Source: Mizuhopecten yessoensis
Taxonomy: Eukaryota
Direction: 5' to 3'
NCBI RefSeq assembly: GCF_002113885.1
Contig: NW_018404492.1
Span: 2,588,506-2,652,505, forward strand
Length of the DNA: 64,000 bases
Numbering within the stretch: position 1 is the stretch's first letter; every line of letters begins with the position of its first letter. The notes below the pieces were generated by a model that saw only the letters and a list, made by a program, of their open reading frames with translations, had not been told where the DNA came from and made no database searches. Below are positions 23,573 through 37,700 of the stretch, piece after piece. The position numbers were made by a program, and so were the translations under genes.

Positions 23573-25063
23573 ATTCTACATTCATTGAACTGTTCTTCCA
23601 GCAGATCTAGCTGAATAAGAACGGTTCTTTTGAAAGAATCTCTTCAGAATGTATATTTACTGACTCATCTACAAACTATGGTTTATTTTTTTACTAGCCT
23701 TAATAAACAATAGACTACGTTAATCACGGTACTTTTGATGGTTGTTCTAATTTTCAGTGTGATCAATATATGATTAATAGTCTGCCTATCCTTCAGGACG
23801 TAGTCTAATGTCTAAATAATGAGAAATGTTGGGCAATTACCCAATATATGATTGCTTTGACCTACTTGCAGAGTTTTGTAATATTTCACCTTCACCGATA
23901 CTATTGCTACTGGGCTGAGGGATAGGGAATACCTACACGTAATGAAAATAACATTTCAATTTTACTTTGTTTAAAGGATTGTTGTGAATTCTAAACAGTT
24001 TCATTAAGTAAAGGATGAAAATTTACTGTTGGAAATGATATATTTTCATAAAAAGTTACTATAAACAATTATGTAGAAATAAATAAAGTTATTGGTAAAC
24101 CAACACATGTTAGTATAAGGTAAGGAGATCCAACGTCCTTTGGGTAGTGGTCAGTCAATGTACCGGTGTAGGGATCCCAGGTGGTAAGGAGATCTAACGT
24201 CCTGTGGGTAGTGGTCGGTCAATGTACCGGTGTAGGGATCCCAGGTGGTAAGGAGGTCTAACGTCCTGTGGGTAGTGGTCAGTCAATGCACCGGTATAGG
24301 GATCCCAGGTGGTAAGGAGGTCTAACGTCCTGTGGGTAGTGGTCAGTCAATGTACCGGTGTAGGGATCCCAGGTGGATACCGAAGTATTCAAGTAGAGCT
24401 ATAAACAATTATAAAATTTCTTAACTGTTAACTGGGGATCCAGGAGTAAAACTCAACCTTAACAATAATGTTTCATTTTATCTGCATTTTATACAGTTAG
24501 TCTAGAGAGGGATATTATGAACCAGCTAATGCAGTTATAAGTCAAGGTTGCTGTTGTCATTAGTGTAAAAAGATGACAGCTCTAATTATCTTGACAAATT
24601 GGTGTTGTTTAAAAAACTTTTCAGATTATAATTGACCAACATTATATTTAAAACTTTTTGTTTGTACTAAATGCTAACCGATCTAACTGACCAGTATGGT
24701 TACTGTCAGTGGTATGTGGAACACCCTTTGTGAGTGTAAGAGAAGACCACTCCCATTCAGGTCTTCAGAAGTCATTCCAGGTGTTCCCACCACTCCCTTT
24801 GGTGTTCTATTATGTATAGGGGTGGGGGTATGTGCAATGCTATCTGATGATTTCACCTGGCCATTACACACAGGTGAGGCAGGCCTGTGAACACCCTGTA
24901 CCAGATACTCAGTTTAGCGCCAACACCCATCTTCATTATCCATTGATGGTTTATTGACTTTGTATAGACGTACAATGGGTGGTTATCGTACCAGATGGTG
25001 TCTCTGATCATTATGGTGTGGAGACAAGTATGATTCATGGTAGAGGGTAAAGATTTTATATAC
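23573..25063 (-). pseudogene. Possible decayed multi-exon gene fragment
   Basis: Four more GC-rich segments with minus-strand AG/GT borders (25063-24692, 24398-24356, 23932-23866, 23668-23573); frames are interrupted by stops; no recognisable domain. Confidence 0.3.
24119..24377. repeat. 64-bp tandem repeat, 4 copies
   Basis: ggtaaggag at 24119, 24183, 24247, 24311. Confidence 0.95.
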
Positions 25064-25574
25064 CTGTCTCTCTTGTAGGCAATTTCCTTTAATACAAAGA
25101 TGATTTGACAAAGCTATAAAGTAAATATAGGATTATTATATACCATCAGATTAAGAACCTGCAGTTCTCAAGTTTGGCTTCTTAAAGCGTAATTGGTGCA
25201 TTGGCTTCAGTTAGCGACGTATTTAAATGAAACAAACTGCATACTGATTACACATTAACTAGTGGCATTACACAAATATGTCAAACATAGTCCCTACATC
25301 ATCCATAACATCTTTATCTGGCCTTGTTAGCTTTTGAAATAACCCAAAGTAAGTTATGTGTACATATATGTTACATTACAAAGTTAACAAACTTATTCAC
25401 AGCAAACAAAACGTCACTCTGCCAGATGTTTTTTTTAGTTTTAAAAGAAATTTTGTTGAGGTGACAAAGTTTAAAAGAATGGTATAAGCTATTATTTTAA
25501 CTAAAAACTATGTTCGAGCCTGCAGGTACGAAAACTGCTCTTACAAATACCTATATGGGTAAAATATATATGTG

Positions 25575-26290
25575 GTGAGCTGAACCTGTTTATACTGGAC
25601 ACTTTATAAAGGCCATCAGATTAATCTGTCCTTTATATAAACTGTACTTTGTAGAATATGCATATACATGTATATTGAACCCTACACTAGAGGGGACACA
25701 TATAGACTCTGATATAAACCATCAGATTGACCTGTCTATACTGTATTCTGTGTACATCAGAACATGTTTATATTGAACCTCTGGCTAGAGGTCTCGGGTT
25801 AATCTCTGTATAATGGGCCCTGTACATGTACAACTGTACCTCTGGCAATAGGGAACATTAAAAGACTCTGTTATAAGGCCACCAGATTAACCTTTCTATA
25901 CTGGACCCTGTATACAATAGAGCATGTTTATAAATTGAACCCCTGGCTGTATGAGACATTTATAGACTGGCTGTTATAAGGCCACCAGATTAACGTTTCT
26001 ATACCAGACCCTGTATACAATAGAGCATGTATATATATTGAACCCCTGGCTGTATGAGATATTTATAGACTGGCTGTTATAAGGCCACCAGATTAACCTT
26101 TCCATACCAGACCCTGTATACAATAGAGCATGTTTATATATTGAACCCCTGGCTGTATGAGACATTTATAGACTGGCTGTTATAAGGCCACCAGATTAAT
26201 CTCTCAATAAGATTTGGCCCCTTTGTACAATAGAACATGTTTATATCGGACTCCTGACTGACAAATATAGACTTTGTTATAAGGCCAACC
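25575..26290. repeat. ~103-bp tandem repeat (3-4 good copies plus decayed flanks)
   Basis: ttataaggccaccagattaa at 25871, 25974, 26077, 26180. Confidence 0.9.
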
Positions 26291-26920
26291 TGTCTCGCTA
26301 CATACAGAAAGAATTAGACATTTTTTGGGTTCAAAATGAAGACGAATCCAATCCCCTCCTAAATATCGTCCAAATTGAACTAATTTAAGGTACTATGTTA
26401 AAATTGCCAATTTAAAAAGAAACAAGGAAACAGTTTTCTTAACTGGACAAATGAGTTAATAAAAATTCAGCAGTCATACATGGTAAATGCAGGTAGCTGA
26501 AAAATCACTAACCTACATCTTTGTGAATTTAATTTGATTATTCTAGTGGTTCTTTTTAATAATAATGCTAGAACATGTACTGTATACTGAGACATTTTTC
26601 CTGCAGTTTAGTTTTGCCTTCTTTGCCCTCTGTTATAAACAACATAATATATAAAAGAAGACACACAGTAATTGTGATGATGCAAGAGGCCCTGAGAGCC
26701 TGTACCTGCATAGTTAAGCAATAATTATGTAATAAATGGTTAAATATGCAGGTACAGGCTCTCTGGGCCTCTTGCATCATCGCAATTACTGTACATCTTC
26801 CTTTATATATTATGTCAAAATTTCCCCCGACTGTGGTAGTGCTCTGGAAATTCTTTATTTTCGCTGTCCATATAGAGTTCCATTGTTTTTTGTTAGGGAA
26901 CATAAATTTGTTAAAAAAAT

Positions 26921-27105
26921 AGGAGGCCATGGTGGCTGAATGGTTAAGGTGTCTTGACATTGTGATCACTAGCCCTCCACCACTACGTCGCAGGTGCCAG
27001 GCCTGCATGGGTCAGTGGCCAGGTACTGACCGTAGGTCGGTGGTTTTTCACCTGGTACACTGGTTTTCTTCCATCTCTAAAACCTATCACGTTCTTCAGT
27101 GACCA
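26921..27105 (+). mobile_element. tRNA-derived SINE with V-domain-like core
   Basis: Head ggccatggtggctgaatggttaag (A box); gtggtttttcacctggtacactggttttcttcca resembles the V-SINE motif ggttttctccgggtactccggtttcctccca. Confidence 0.55.
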
Positions 27106-29565
27106 TATATGTGTGCATATTAACTGTAATGTAAGAATGTATAGATTCAGAGTATACATGAAACTATTGAAAATAAACTACCCACAAAAATCAATAATTT
27201 TACAGGAACAAGGATTTATTTCAGTTACACTGCAAAAAATAGGTTGATACAGGATTAGAGCAGGAAGAACATTGGATTCCAGGTTATGAATATGCTATGC
27301 TACTTGGGATTACATGTTTGCCAATATAAATATATATGTATCTGATATATGCAGCTTTAGCTAATGTATAACAAACCAGAGTTCACTTCATACATATGTA
27401 TTCATGTTGTTCAGGTAAGGCAGGACAGTGTGATACAATACGTCAATGATCAGTGGACGTTAAAAATACCTGTGCTACGTACACTTGATATTTACAGCAG
27501 GTTTCCACAGCTAACATACATATTGGCTCCATCTGTTGCTTCACTGGAAAATGATGATCAGGTTTCCGCGTGGCTATTGTTGAATTCCTACGACTGTGTT
27601 GTATGGCAAGACGAGAGTTCTGTTAGGAGCATATGTAAATAATTGATAGATCTGTATCTCGTTACTGTATATTACACAGGTGAAACACTACTATGGGTAT
27701 TTGTGGTGTGTGTAAGGTCAAATATTGAACCTTTTATTTATTAGAAATGATATCATTTGCCGAGTACTATACAGTGAAGCAGGACAGGCCCTGTCGATGA
27801 CCAGGTAACTAAAGTGATTGGAGTGTCCGTCTAGAGTTTGGAGGGCCCACATTTGAACCTTGGTCTGACTCAGTTGCATTTCCCTTATGTTACATAGTGT
27901 AACTTGTTTTTAAGATACAGCAATTGTTTAGGATTTAAGAGATTGAGTCCTTCGATTCTCTGCTTTCTTAAAACTGTTCTCATGCCCAAACTTTGATTCC
28001 TAATTTAGATGAGAAGTGTACATTTTTAAATTATTTATAGCTTAAAATTCTGTAGGTGTTCAACCTTAACTTGTAGATAAATAATGTTCTCAGGCTCAGT
28101 ACTAACTTTATAATCCCATCTCATGGACTTTGATTGCCACATCATATAGTATAGCTTTGTAGCAGAACTGAACTGGGTCAATCCAGTTTGGAGAGTCCCG
28201 AGTTCAAACCCTGATCAGCTGGCTGTTGCATTTCTCTTCCATCTGTGTACACGACTTTTCCCAGACACCATTACCTTGTGTCTAGGAAGTAGGATTAGGG
28301 CTCCCCTCATGGTTTACTAAGGTGTGAACACCCAAAAAATACCTTAAAGCAGTGCAGAATTTCCGTGTGGCATTTGATATTTTACTGTGATTTTACTTTG
28401 GTGCTGCCGTATTTGGTTATTTATGCACTACTATAACCAAGTATTTACGCCTTGGTGGTAAAATCCATATTAGCCCAGTACTAATTCGAGCTGTTTGGGC
28501 CCTAAAAGTATGCACGTTTCAGTTTCATATCTCCAAAAACTTACAGCAGGTTTGTTATAAGTAAAACATTTTATCCCTGTAAAGGAATTCAGGGGGATAT
28601 ATAGCAATCATTGAATTTGTCTGTGTACATTTCTTGTCCGGATGCTAACTTCAGAATGCATAAGAACAGAAAGCTTGTACTTATGGGTTAAGTTGCAGAA
28701 GAGGAAGAACTATTAATTTGGTGGGTGGTTCTTAACAGGTCAAGGTCACTGATACTGAAAACAGAATTGTATGACTCAAAAAAATTAACATCTTGACAAA
28801 TTATTGACTGGATAACTTCAGTATATATATTTTTTTATATTTTGCATATATCCCTTTCATCTTTTACTTTATTTCAATCCCGATAGATTCTTTATTAGTC
28901 AAGAGCAGTACAAATATTGTCACTTTTGTTTATGTTTCTCAATACACAAATACGTCTAATCTCTTCCTGTATCCAGTTTAATATGTTGATGCTTTATTTG
29001 GTTTAGCAATATATAATTTTAGATTTAATTCTTTTGAGAACAAAGTTTAGTGTATTTATCTGAATTTGATCATTTTCACCGATTAAATTATGACTTTAAC
29101 ATATATCTTGAAGTAATTGAAGCCTGTCAGGATACCACACCCATGTCCTAAATACTTTTAACATTGATTGTATACCCTTATGACTGTATATAGTTAATGA
29201 TTATCCGTCAAAAAACAGATGAAGCTGACTCAAACCTACATAACACATTTGAATATGAATGTTAAACCGCTGACAGATCTATTGTTTGGATTACGTATGT
29301 TTACTAATTATGGTTCCAGCTGTTCTAAATCTGAATATTAAATATTTGCTGTAAGATCAATGTGTATTGCATCAATTCCATCTACGTACCAGCAGTATAT
29401 TCAATTACCGATGTTAATGTAAAACAATGTCATGCCAATATTATATCAACTCTATAAGTCCTGGGCCCTGACGTGGTTCAAAGCAGTTTCACCACCATTT
29501 TATGCAAAGCTTTCATCTTGTATATTTTGAAATACATTTAAATTCAAAACTGAAACTGATTTTAA

Positions 29566-30545
29566 GTTTTAAGCTCACCTGGCCTGAAGGACAGAGGGGA
29601 GGGGCCCAATAAGGGAAGCAAAGATAATTTTTAAAATACTTTTCCTTCAGTTCAATTAAGGGGATTTCATTAAATTTTCTTTAGAGCATCTTCGACCCAA
29701 GGAGGCACAGTGCTGTAGAAAAATAACCCAANGGGGGGGGGGGGGGGGGGGGGGGGGGCATATTTGAAAATACATGTAGAGGTCAATTTTTAAAATCCTA
29801 TTCCTTGAGTATTGGTTAGAGTATTTTAGCCAAATTTGATCTGGAGCATGCTTGCGACAAAGGGACACATAACTTAGTGAAAAGAGATCTTAGGGTGTTG
29901 TTCCTGTGAGGCAAAAGGGCAGGCACAACGGATGAAATGGAGGTAAATCATTAAAATCCTATTCCTTGAGTTTGGGTAAAACGTTCCCCTGGGAGAGAAG
30001 GGCTGGTCCATAGATGACATGATTTTGTTTAAATCAGCTCGGAGGAATCCTTGGATCAAAGGACTCAACGTTGTATAAATGGAGGGTTTGGCACCCCCGT
30101 CCACCTTGCCCCAATCTTGGGGCAGAGGGGGCGGGGCCCAAGAAGTGCAAGAGAGGTACGGAGGTACATCTTTAAAATCCTTCTCTCCCCATATGATTGA
30201 AGGAATATGAACCAAGGATTATATCTCACACCAGGAAAAGTATGAATACACCTCTCCAGGGTAAGGTATGGCTGCACTGTTTGCAAATAGGCCCGCCCTG
30301 ATTGTGATATATACAATTATATAGACTCATTACAAAACGGTGCTTGTTACAACTTATCAGCTCATCAGGCTCAAATGGCCAAGTGAAATGTTGCAATCCA
30401 TTGCCATCCGTCGACTGTTGTCAGTCAACTTTCACTTTAAACAACATATTCTCAATAACCACTGGAAAGATTTTAATAAAATTTGTATGCAAGTATAATT
30501 CCTAGGTGATGGGGAACCAGATTTGCAAAGGTTAAGGGAAAGACC
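29566..30545 (+). mobile_element. Cluster of MITE/HINE-like repeat copies with internal ~150-bp repeats
   Basis: Starts ttttaagctcacctggcc; recurring ttaaaatcct/gagcatc/gggc motifs; second head tcagctcatcagg at ~30357. Confidence 0.5.
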
Positions 30546-31624
30546 CAAGAGTCATGTTATTTAGCCAGTTACTTCTTTGCATGACATTCAAATGTGTTAA
30601 AACACCCAAAAGACTTCTTTTAAATAACCAGAAGGTTTTAGACAGGTCTTTCATTAGACTCTTAAGGGTGTCTTTCTGTCTCCCAAAAATAGCTGACTCT
30701 TGCATTTGAAAGGACATGTGTTTTGATTCTCCAAAATAAAGGGGGAAATCATTTTGACTCCTAAAATTGCTAAATGCCAAAAGTAAATTGAAAGCCCTGT
30801 TTAGTCATAATATTTAGCCTGTAGCTTGCTGACATCACATGGAGTGCTACACAGTATGTGAAATGAAATGACCTTGACCTATAGTTAAGGTGGCAAATTT
30901 GTACATCACTCTAATGACTTTGTCTGAAGAACTAAATGGACTAGAATCATGGTGGTAGGTAGGTGGTTTGCTAGCATATATAAACAGTACTACGTATACA
31001 GAGTTTGTGAAATGAAATGACCTTGACATATATTTAAGGTCATAGTGGTCTAATTTGTAGAATAATTTAAACCTCAATTAACTTCTTCTGAGGAACCAAG
31101 AGGCTTTAATATAAGGATAATGGTATTTGGTCAGTAACCCGTTGGCTTGGAATGGCCTTTGAAATTCCTGCGTATTAGCTGGAATACAGAAGTGGTGGTC
31201 AAAGGAAAAATGTGTGGTTATATACCCCCACTTGAATAAAGTTGGAGGTGCATGTATATAGTATTCATATTGTGCATGTGAGCATCCATTCCTGTTTCTG
31301 GCCATTGTTTAAGGTCTGGATGTCATATTTGGTATGTAGGTACATAATGTGAAGGTATGTGTTGTGTCGCATGCCAAACAAACGTCATCACATCAGCTTA
31401 TTATTGGTAGTATGTGTCTCTAGATGTGTGTTTAGATTTCCTGGTAGGCATGTCTTTCTTTTTATTTTCTCCAGGATGGTGCAGGATAGAAAAATGCTGG
31501 TCCCTGTCAACAATCTGCTATTTCCAGGGTACTAACCAAAACTTAGGACTATTCTAGCTCATGTACCACTTTACTGACATTCATGGTTGTGTTTTGTTTC
31601 CGTAGTTGCCTGCCCTGAGGGACA

Positions 31625-31798
31625 ATGATGGCCCATTTGACGCTGTGTGCAGTGATCAGTATGGTCGTCCCCTTCATCAGCAGTCAGACCTCGGTCAGTC
31701 TACTGGACACGGCCATGATGGTGCAGGAAGGTCAACAATTTGCTATTCGTGTCAACAGGTCGGGAGACTTTGAATCAACTTTCTATGTCATTGTGGCC
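31625..31798 (+). CDS. ADGRV1: ADGRV1 coding exon 1 (signal peptide; exon begins at 31606 after an acceptor, so 5' UTR exons lie upstream)
   Basis: tttccgtag acceptor, ATG 31625, GTAAGT donor, phase 0. Confidence 0.85.
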
Positions 31799-34700
31799 GT
31801 AAGTATATGGCCATATTTTACATTTATTGGCCAGGTATAGTAGAGAAATATAAAACCTTATTATTTCCGGAACTGAAGCCCTAGGGAAAAAGGGCAAGAA
31901 ATTATTATTATTGAATCAACTTGCAAAGAGATCATATATATCTTTCATCAACTTACTGATATTTCTGTTGAAAAAAATTGCTTTTCTTGAGGATGAAAAT
32001 TTCTCAAACCATATGCTGATGCAATGCTAGGAAATCTATCTATAGATGCACAAGTTTCCCATTTATTTGGGAAGCTTAACATCAGGTTAATGACATGGAC
32101 AAATATGGGGCAAAAGTGTTGAGTGTATATCTAAACCACTTCAACATCCAATAAAACATACATGTTGAGATAAATGCTCAGGCATCTGTGACCAAATGTG
32201 ACACTTTGAATGGGGGCCCACACTGCTGGGAGATATGATGTTGTGTTTCCTAGTCATGTGATCAGGTTTAATTACAGATATAATAGTACTTATCGCATAA
32301 GAGCTAAGTTGATTTTTTTCATAGTTTAATCTCCTGCAAATAGCACATCAGATTGATAGGCTTAATAATAATTCATAAGCCAATGTTGATCCAACTTGGT
32401 CCTGTAATGGGGGGATGGGGGTATGCATTTAACATTGTTCTAGTGTGTGCAATTGGTGCAAAAAGGTTAACACATATACAGGAAGCAATAATGATTGACT
32501 TTGAAAAATGTTCTGTTGTTTTATTGGCTGAAGCATTACTGACATCTCCCTATGCTGTTCTGAGAGCTTTTTAAGTGTATTATTTTCATGCCTAAACCCT
32601 CAAAATGAATGGAAAATATCAATAAGCTAAAGGAAGTAGTGTGTTTCAGTTAATGCATATTGGGAAGTTACATGTATATCATAAGTTACTAATAGGAAGT
32701 TTTATCATAAGTTACTGTTAAAAAATGACATGTATAATATGTTTTACTCCCAGGTATCCTCCCCTCCTGATACAGACCTGGATTTCATCGGTAGCAGTCA
32801 CGTGGGTTCATTCAGCCCCGGTGGTCCCAACATCATCTCCGTCATCTTCACTGTCAACAATGATACGATACCAGAGGTAGAGGAGACCTTCACCCTTCAG
32901 CTCTCGGTAGTCAACCCAGGGGTCACAGTTCAACAGCCAAGCAAGGCTGCCATCACCATTGCCGCTAACGATGATGCGTATGGGGCCTTCAGCTTCCTTG
33001 ATGTAAGTGAAGTATCAGAGACGGTATATATCCCTTTTATTTAGCAGACATAAACACAGTATGATGGCTGGAAACTTTGGGAATTACCTAATAAACTTTG
33101 AATGGAAATTTATCTATTTCTTTTTAATGTGAACATTTTCAGGTGAGAAACAATATTTGAGGAGTATTTCTAAACATTTTCTTCAGGTTGGTAAGTATGG
33201 ATTATGAGAAGTTCTTTTTTACACAACCAATAATACGTCACATAGAAAATATTATACATTGTGTAAAAAAGAACTTTTCATAAAAGATATTTGTGGAGCA
33301 TTTCAAAAAGTTTGGTGTTTATTTCAATGAAGTGAGATCAACTTTGAATTAATATGTATTTAGATTTTGCTTCCAGAAGAACATATTTAATTTCCTAATT
33401 TTCCAGTTGAATGCTTTATAGCATAAAGCACTTCAGAAAATGAGAGAGAAAAAAAAACCACAAAAAACCCTGGAAACCTAGGTAGGCAAAAAGGATGTCG
33501 AATTTAGAGAAATAGATTTACAAGCTTCGATATGCCATGTTTAAAAAAGTAAAGGTGGTAAGTCCTTAAATACCCAGAGCAACCTGAATGTTTAAGTTAC
33601 CTATGAAATCGTAAAAAAATATGTTGTTTTGACGTTAAACTTAATTTGTTAACTTTCCTTTTGCAGCAATCACCAATTTTGGTCACAGAGGACATATCGG
33701 GTACTACAGATGTATATCTGGGTGTAATCAGGTCTCGAGGCTCGCATGGGGAAATCATAGTTTCTTTCTCAGTGAGTACAATTCTGCTTATGTTGATAAA
33801 ACGGAACTATCAGTTTAGAAAATCGGTTAAATCTAAGATCATGTTTCATTATCATTGAATTGTCCAACCTCTTGTTGAAAGTTAATAAGCAGTTTCCAAG
33901 GAGACAAAATGAAGTGATAATAAATGATCATGGGGTATAAAGTAATTGTTTACAGTAATTCTAAGTAGTGGTTGGGGTCACGAAAAAGTGTAATTATAGA
34001 AATAGCCATTGCATAAATTAATATATATATCATTTTAAACGTTGATTTAGAGATGTTGTGTTCCGATATATTCCACCCAAATTATTAGCAAGACTACAAA
34101 TTTTATCAAATTATACTTAATTCCAGATGATGATCTTTAATACGTAAATATAAGCAATGAAACAGTAGATATGGTATTTCTGTGACTGTAATACGCAGTG
34201 ATACAGTAGATATGATATTTCTGTGACTGTAATACACAGTGATACAGAAGATATGATATTTCTGTGACTGTAATACACTGCGATACAGTAGATATGATAT
34301 TTCTGTGACTGTAACACACAGTGATATCGTAGATATGATATTTCCGTGACTGTAATATACAGTGATACAGTAGATATGATATTTCTGGATCACTGTATAT
34401 TACAGGCACAGAAATATAATATCTACTGTATCACTGTGTATTACAGTCACAGAGATATCATATCTACTGTATCACTGTGTATTAAAGTCACAGAAATATA
34501 TCTACTGTTACAATAATCACTGTGTTTTACAGTCACAGAAATATCATATCTACTATATCACTGTGTATTACAGTCACAGAAATATCAAATCTACTGTATC
34601 ACTGTGTATTACAGTCACAGAGATATCATATCTACTGTATCACTGTGTATTAAAGTCACAGAAATATCATATCTACTGTATCACTGCGTATTACAGTCAC

Positions 34701-37700
34701 AGAAATATATCTATTGTATCACTGTGTATTACTGTCACAGAAATATCATGTCTACTATATCACTGTGTATTACAGTCACAGAAATATATCTACTGTATCA
34801 CTGTATATTACAGGCACAGAAATATAATATCTACTGTATCACTGTGTATTACAGTTACAGAAATATCATATCTACTGTATCACTGCATATATCAGTCACA
34901 GAAATATATCTACCGTATCACTGTGTATTACAGTCACAGAAATATATCTACCGTATCACTGTGTATTACAGTCACAGAAATATCAAATCTACTGTATCAC
35001 TGTGTATTACAGTCACAGTGATATAGTAGATATGATATTTCTGTGACTGTAACACACAGTGATATCGTAGATATGATATTTCCGTGACTGTAATACACTG
35101 TGATACAGTAGATATGATATTTCTCTGACTGTAATACACAGTGATACAGTAGATCTATTTCTGTGACTGTAATATACAGTGATATGATATTTCTGTGAGT
35201 GTAATACACAGTGATACAGTAGATATGATCTTTCTGTGACTGTAATACACAGTGATACAGAAGATATGATATTTCTGTGACTGTAATACAGAGTGATACA
35301 GTAGATATGATATTTCTGTATCTGTAATACACAGTGATGCAGTAGATATGATATTTCTGTGACTGTAATACAGAGTGATACAGTAGATATGATATTTCTG
35401 TAACTGTAATACACAGTGATACAGTAGATATATTTATGTGACTGTAATACACAGTGATACAGTAGATATTATATTTCTGTGCCTGTAATATACAGTGATA
35501 CAGTAGATATATTTCTGTGACCGTAATACACAGTGATACAGTAGATATATTTCTGTGACTGTAATACACAGTGATACGGTAGATATATTTCTGTGACTGA
35601 TATATGCAGTGATACAGTAGATATGATATTTCTGTAACTGTAATACACAGTGATTTAGCAAGACTACAAATTTTATCAAATTATACTTAATTCCAGATGA
35701 TGATCTTTAATACGTAAATATAAGCAATGAAACAGTAGATATGGTATTTCTGTGACTGTAATACGCAGTGATACAGTAGGTATGATATTTCTGTGACTGT
35801 AATACACAGGGATACAGTAGATATGATATTTCTGTGACTGCAATACACAGTGATACAGTAGATATGATATTTCTGGATCACTGTATATTACAGGCACAGA
35901 AATATCATATCTACTGTATCACTGTGCATTACAGTCACAGAAATATCATATCTACTATATCACTGTGTATTACAGTCACAGAAATATCAAATCTACTGTA
36001 TCACTGTGTATTACAGTCACGGAAATATCATATCTACGGTATCATCATATCTACTGTATCACTGTGTATTACACTCACAGAAATATCATATCTACTGTAT
36101 CACAGTGTATTACAGTCACGGAAATATCATATCTACGGTATCATCATATCTACTGTATCACTGTGTATTACACTCACAGAAATATCATATCACTGTATAT
36201 TACAGTCACAGAAATAGATCTACTGTATCACTGTGTATTACAGTCACAGTGATATAGTAGATATGATATTTCTGTGACTGTAATATGCAGTGATACAGTA
36301 GATATGATATTTCTGTAACTGTAATACACAGTGATACAGTAGATATTATATTTCTGTGCCTGTAATATACAGTGATCCAGAAATATCATATCTACTGTAT
36401 CACTGTAATATACAGTGATACAGTAGATATATTTCTGTGACCGTAATACACAGTGATACAGTAGATATATTTCTGTGACCGTAATACACAGTGATACAGT
36501 AGATATATTTCTGTGACTGTAATATACAGTGATATGATATTTCTGTGAGTGTAATACACAGTGATACAATAGATATGATATTTCTGTGAGTGTAATACAC
36601 AGTGATACAGTAGATATGATATTTCTGTGCCTGTAATATACAGTGATACAGTAGATATATTTCTGTGACTGTAATACACAGTGATACAGTAGATATGATA
36701 TTTCTGTGACTATAATACACAGTGATACAGTAGATAAGATATTTATGTGACTGTAATACGCAGTGATACAGTTGATATGATATTTCTGTGACTGTAATAC
36801 ACAGTAATACAGTTGATATGATATTTCTGTGACTGTAATACACTGTTATACAGTAGATATGATATTTCTGTGACTATAATACACAGTGATACAGTAGATA
36901 AGATATTTATGTGACTGTAATACGCAGTGATACAGCAGATATGATATTTCTGTGACTGTAATACACTGTGATACAGTAGATATGATATTTCTCTGACTGT
37001 AATACACAGTGATACAGTAGATATGATATTTCTGTGACTATAATACACAGTGATACAGTAGATATGATATTTATGTGACTGTAATACGCAGTGATACAGT
37101 AGATATGATATTTCTGTGACTGTAATACACAGTGATACAGTCACAGAAATATATCTACTGTATCACTGTGTATTACACTCACAGAAATATCATATCACTG
37201 TATATTACAGTCACAGAAATAGATCTACTGTATCACTGTGTATTATAGTCACAGAAATATCATATCTACGGTATCACTGCATATTATACAGTCACAGAAA
37301 TATCATATCTGCTGTATCACTGCGTATTACAGTCACATAAATATCTTATCTACTGTATCACTGTGTATTCCATTCACAGAAATATCATATCTACTGTATT
37401 ACTGTGTATTACAGTCACAGAAATATCATAGCTACTGTATCACTGTGTATTAAAGTCACAGAAATATATCTACTGTTACAATAATCTTTGACTGTGTATT
37501 ACAGTCACAGAAATAACATATCTATTGTATCACTGTGTATTACAGTCACAGTAATATCATATCTACTGTATCACTGCGTATTACAGTCACATAAATATCT
37601 TATCTACTGTATCACTGTGTATTTCAGTCACAGAAATATATCTACTGTTACAATAATCTTTGACTGTGTATTACAGTCACAGAAATATGATATCTACTAT

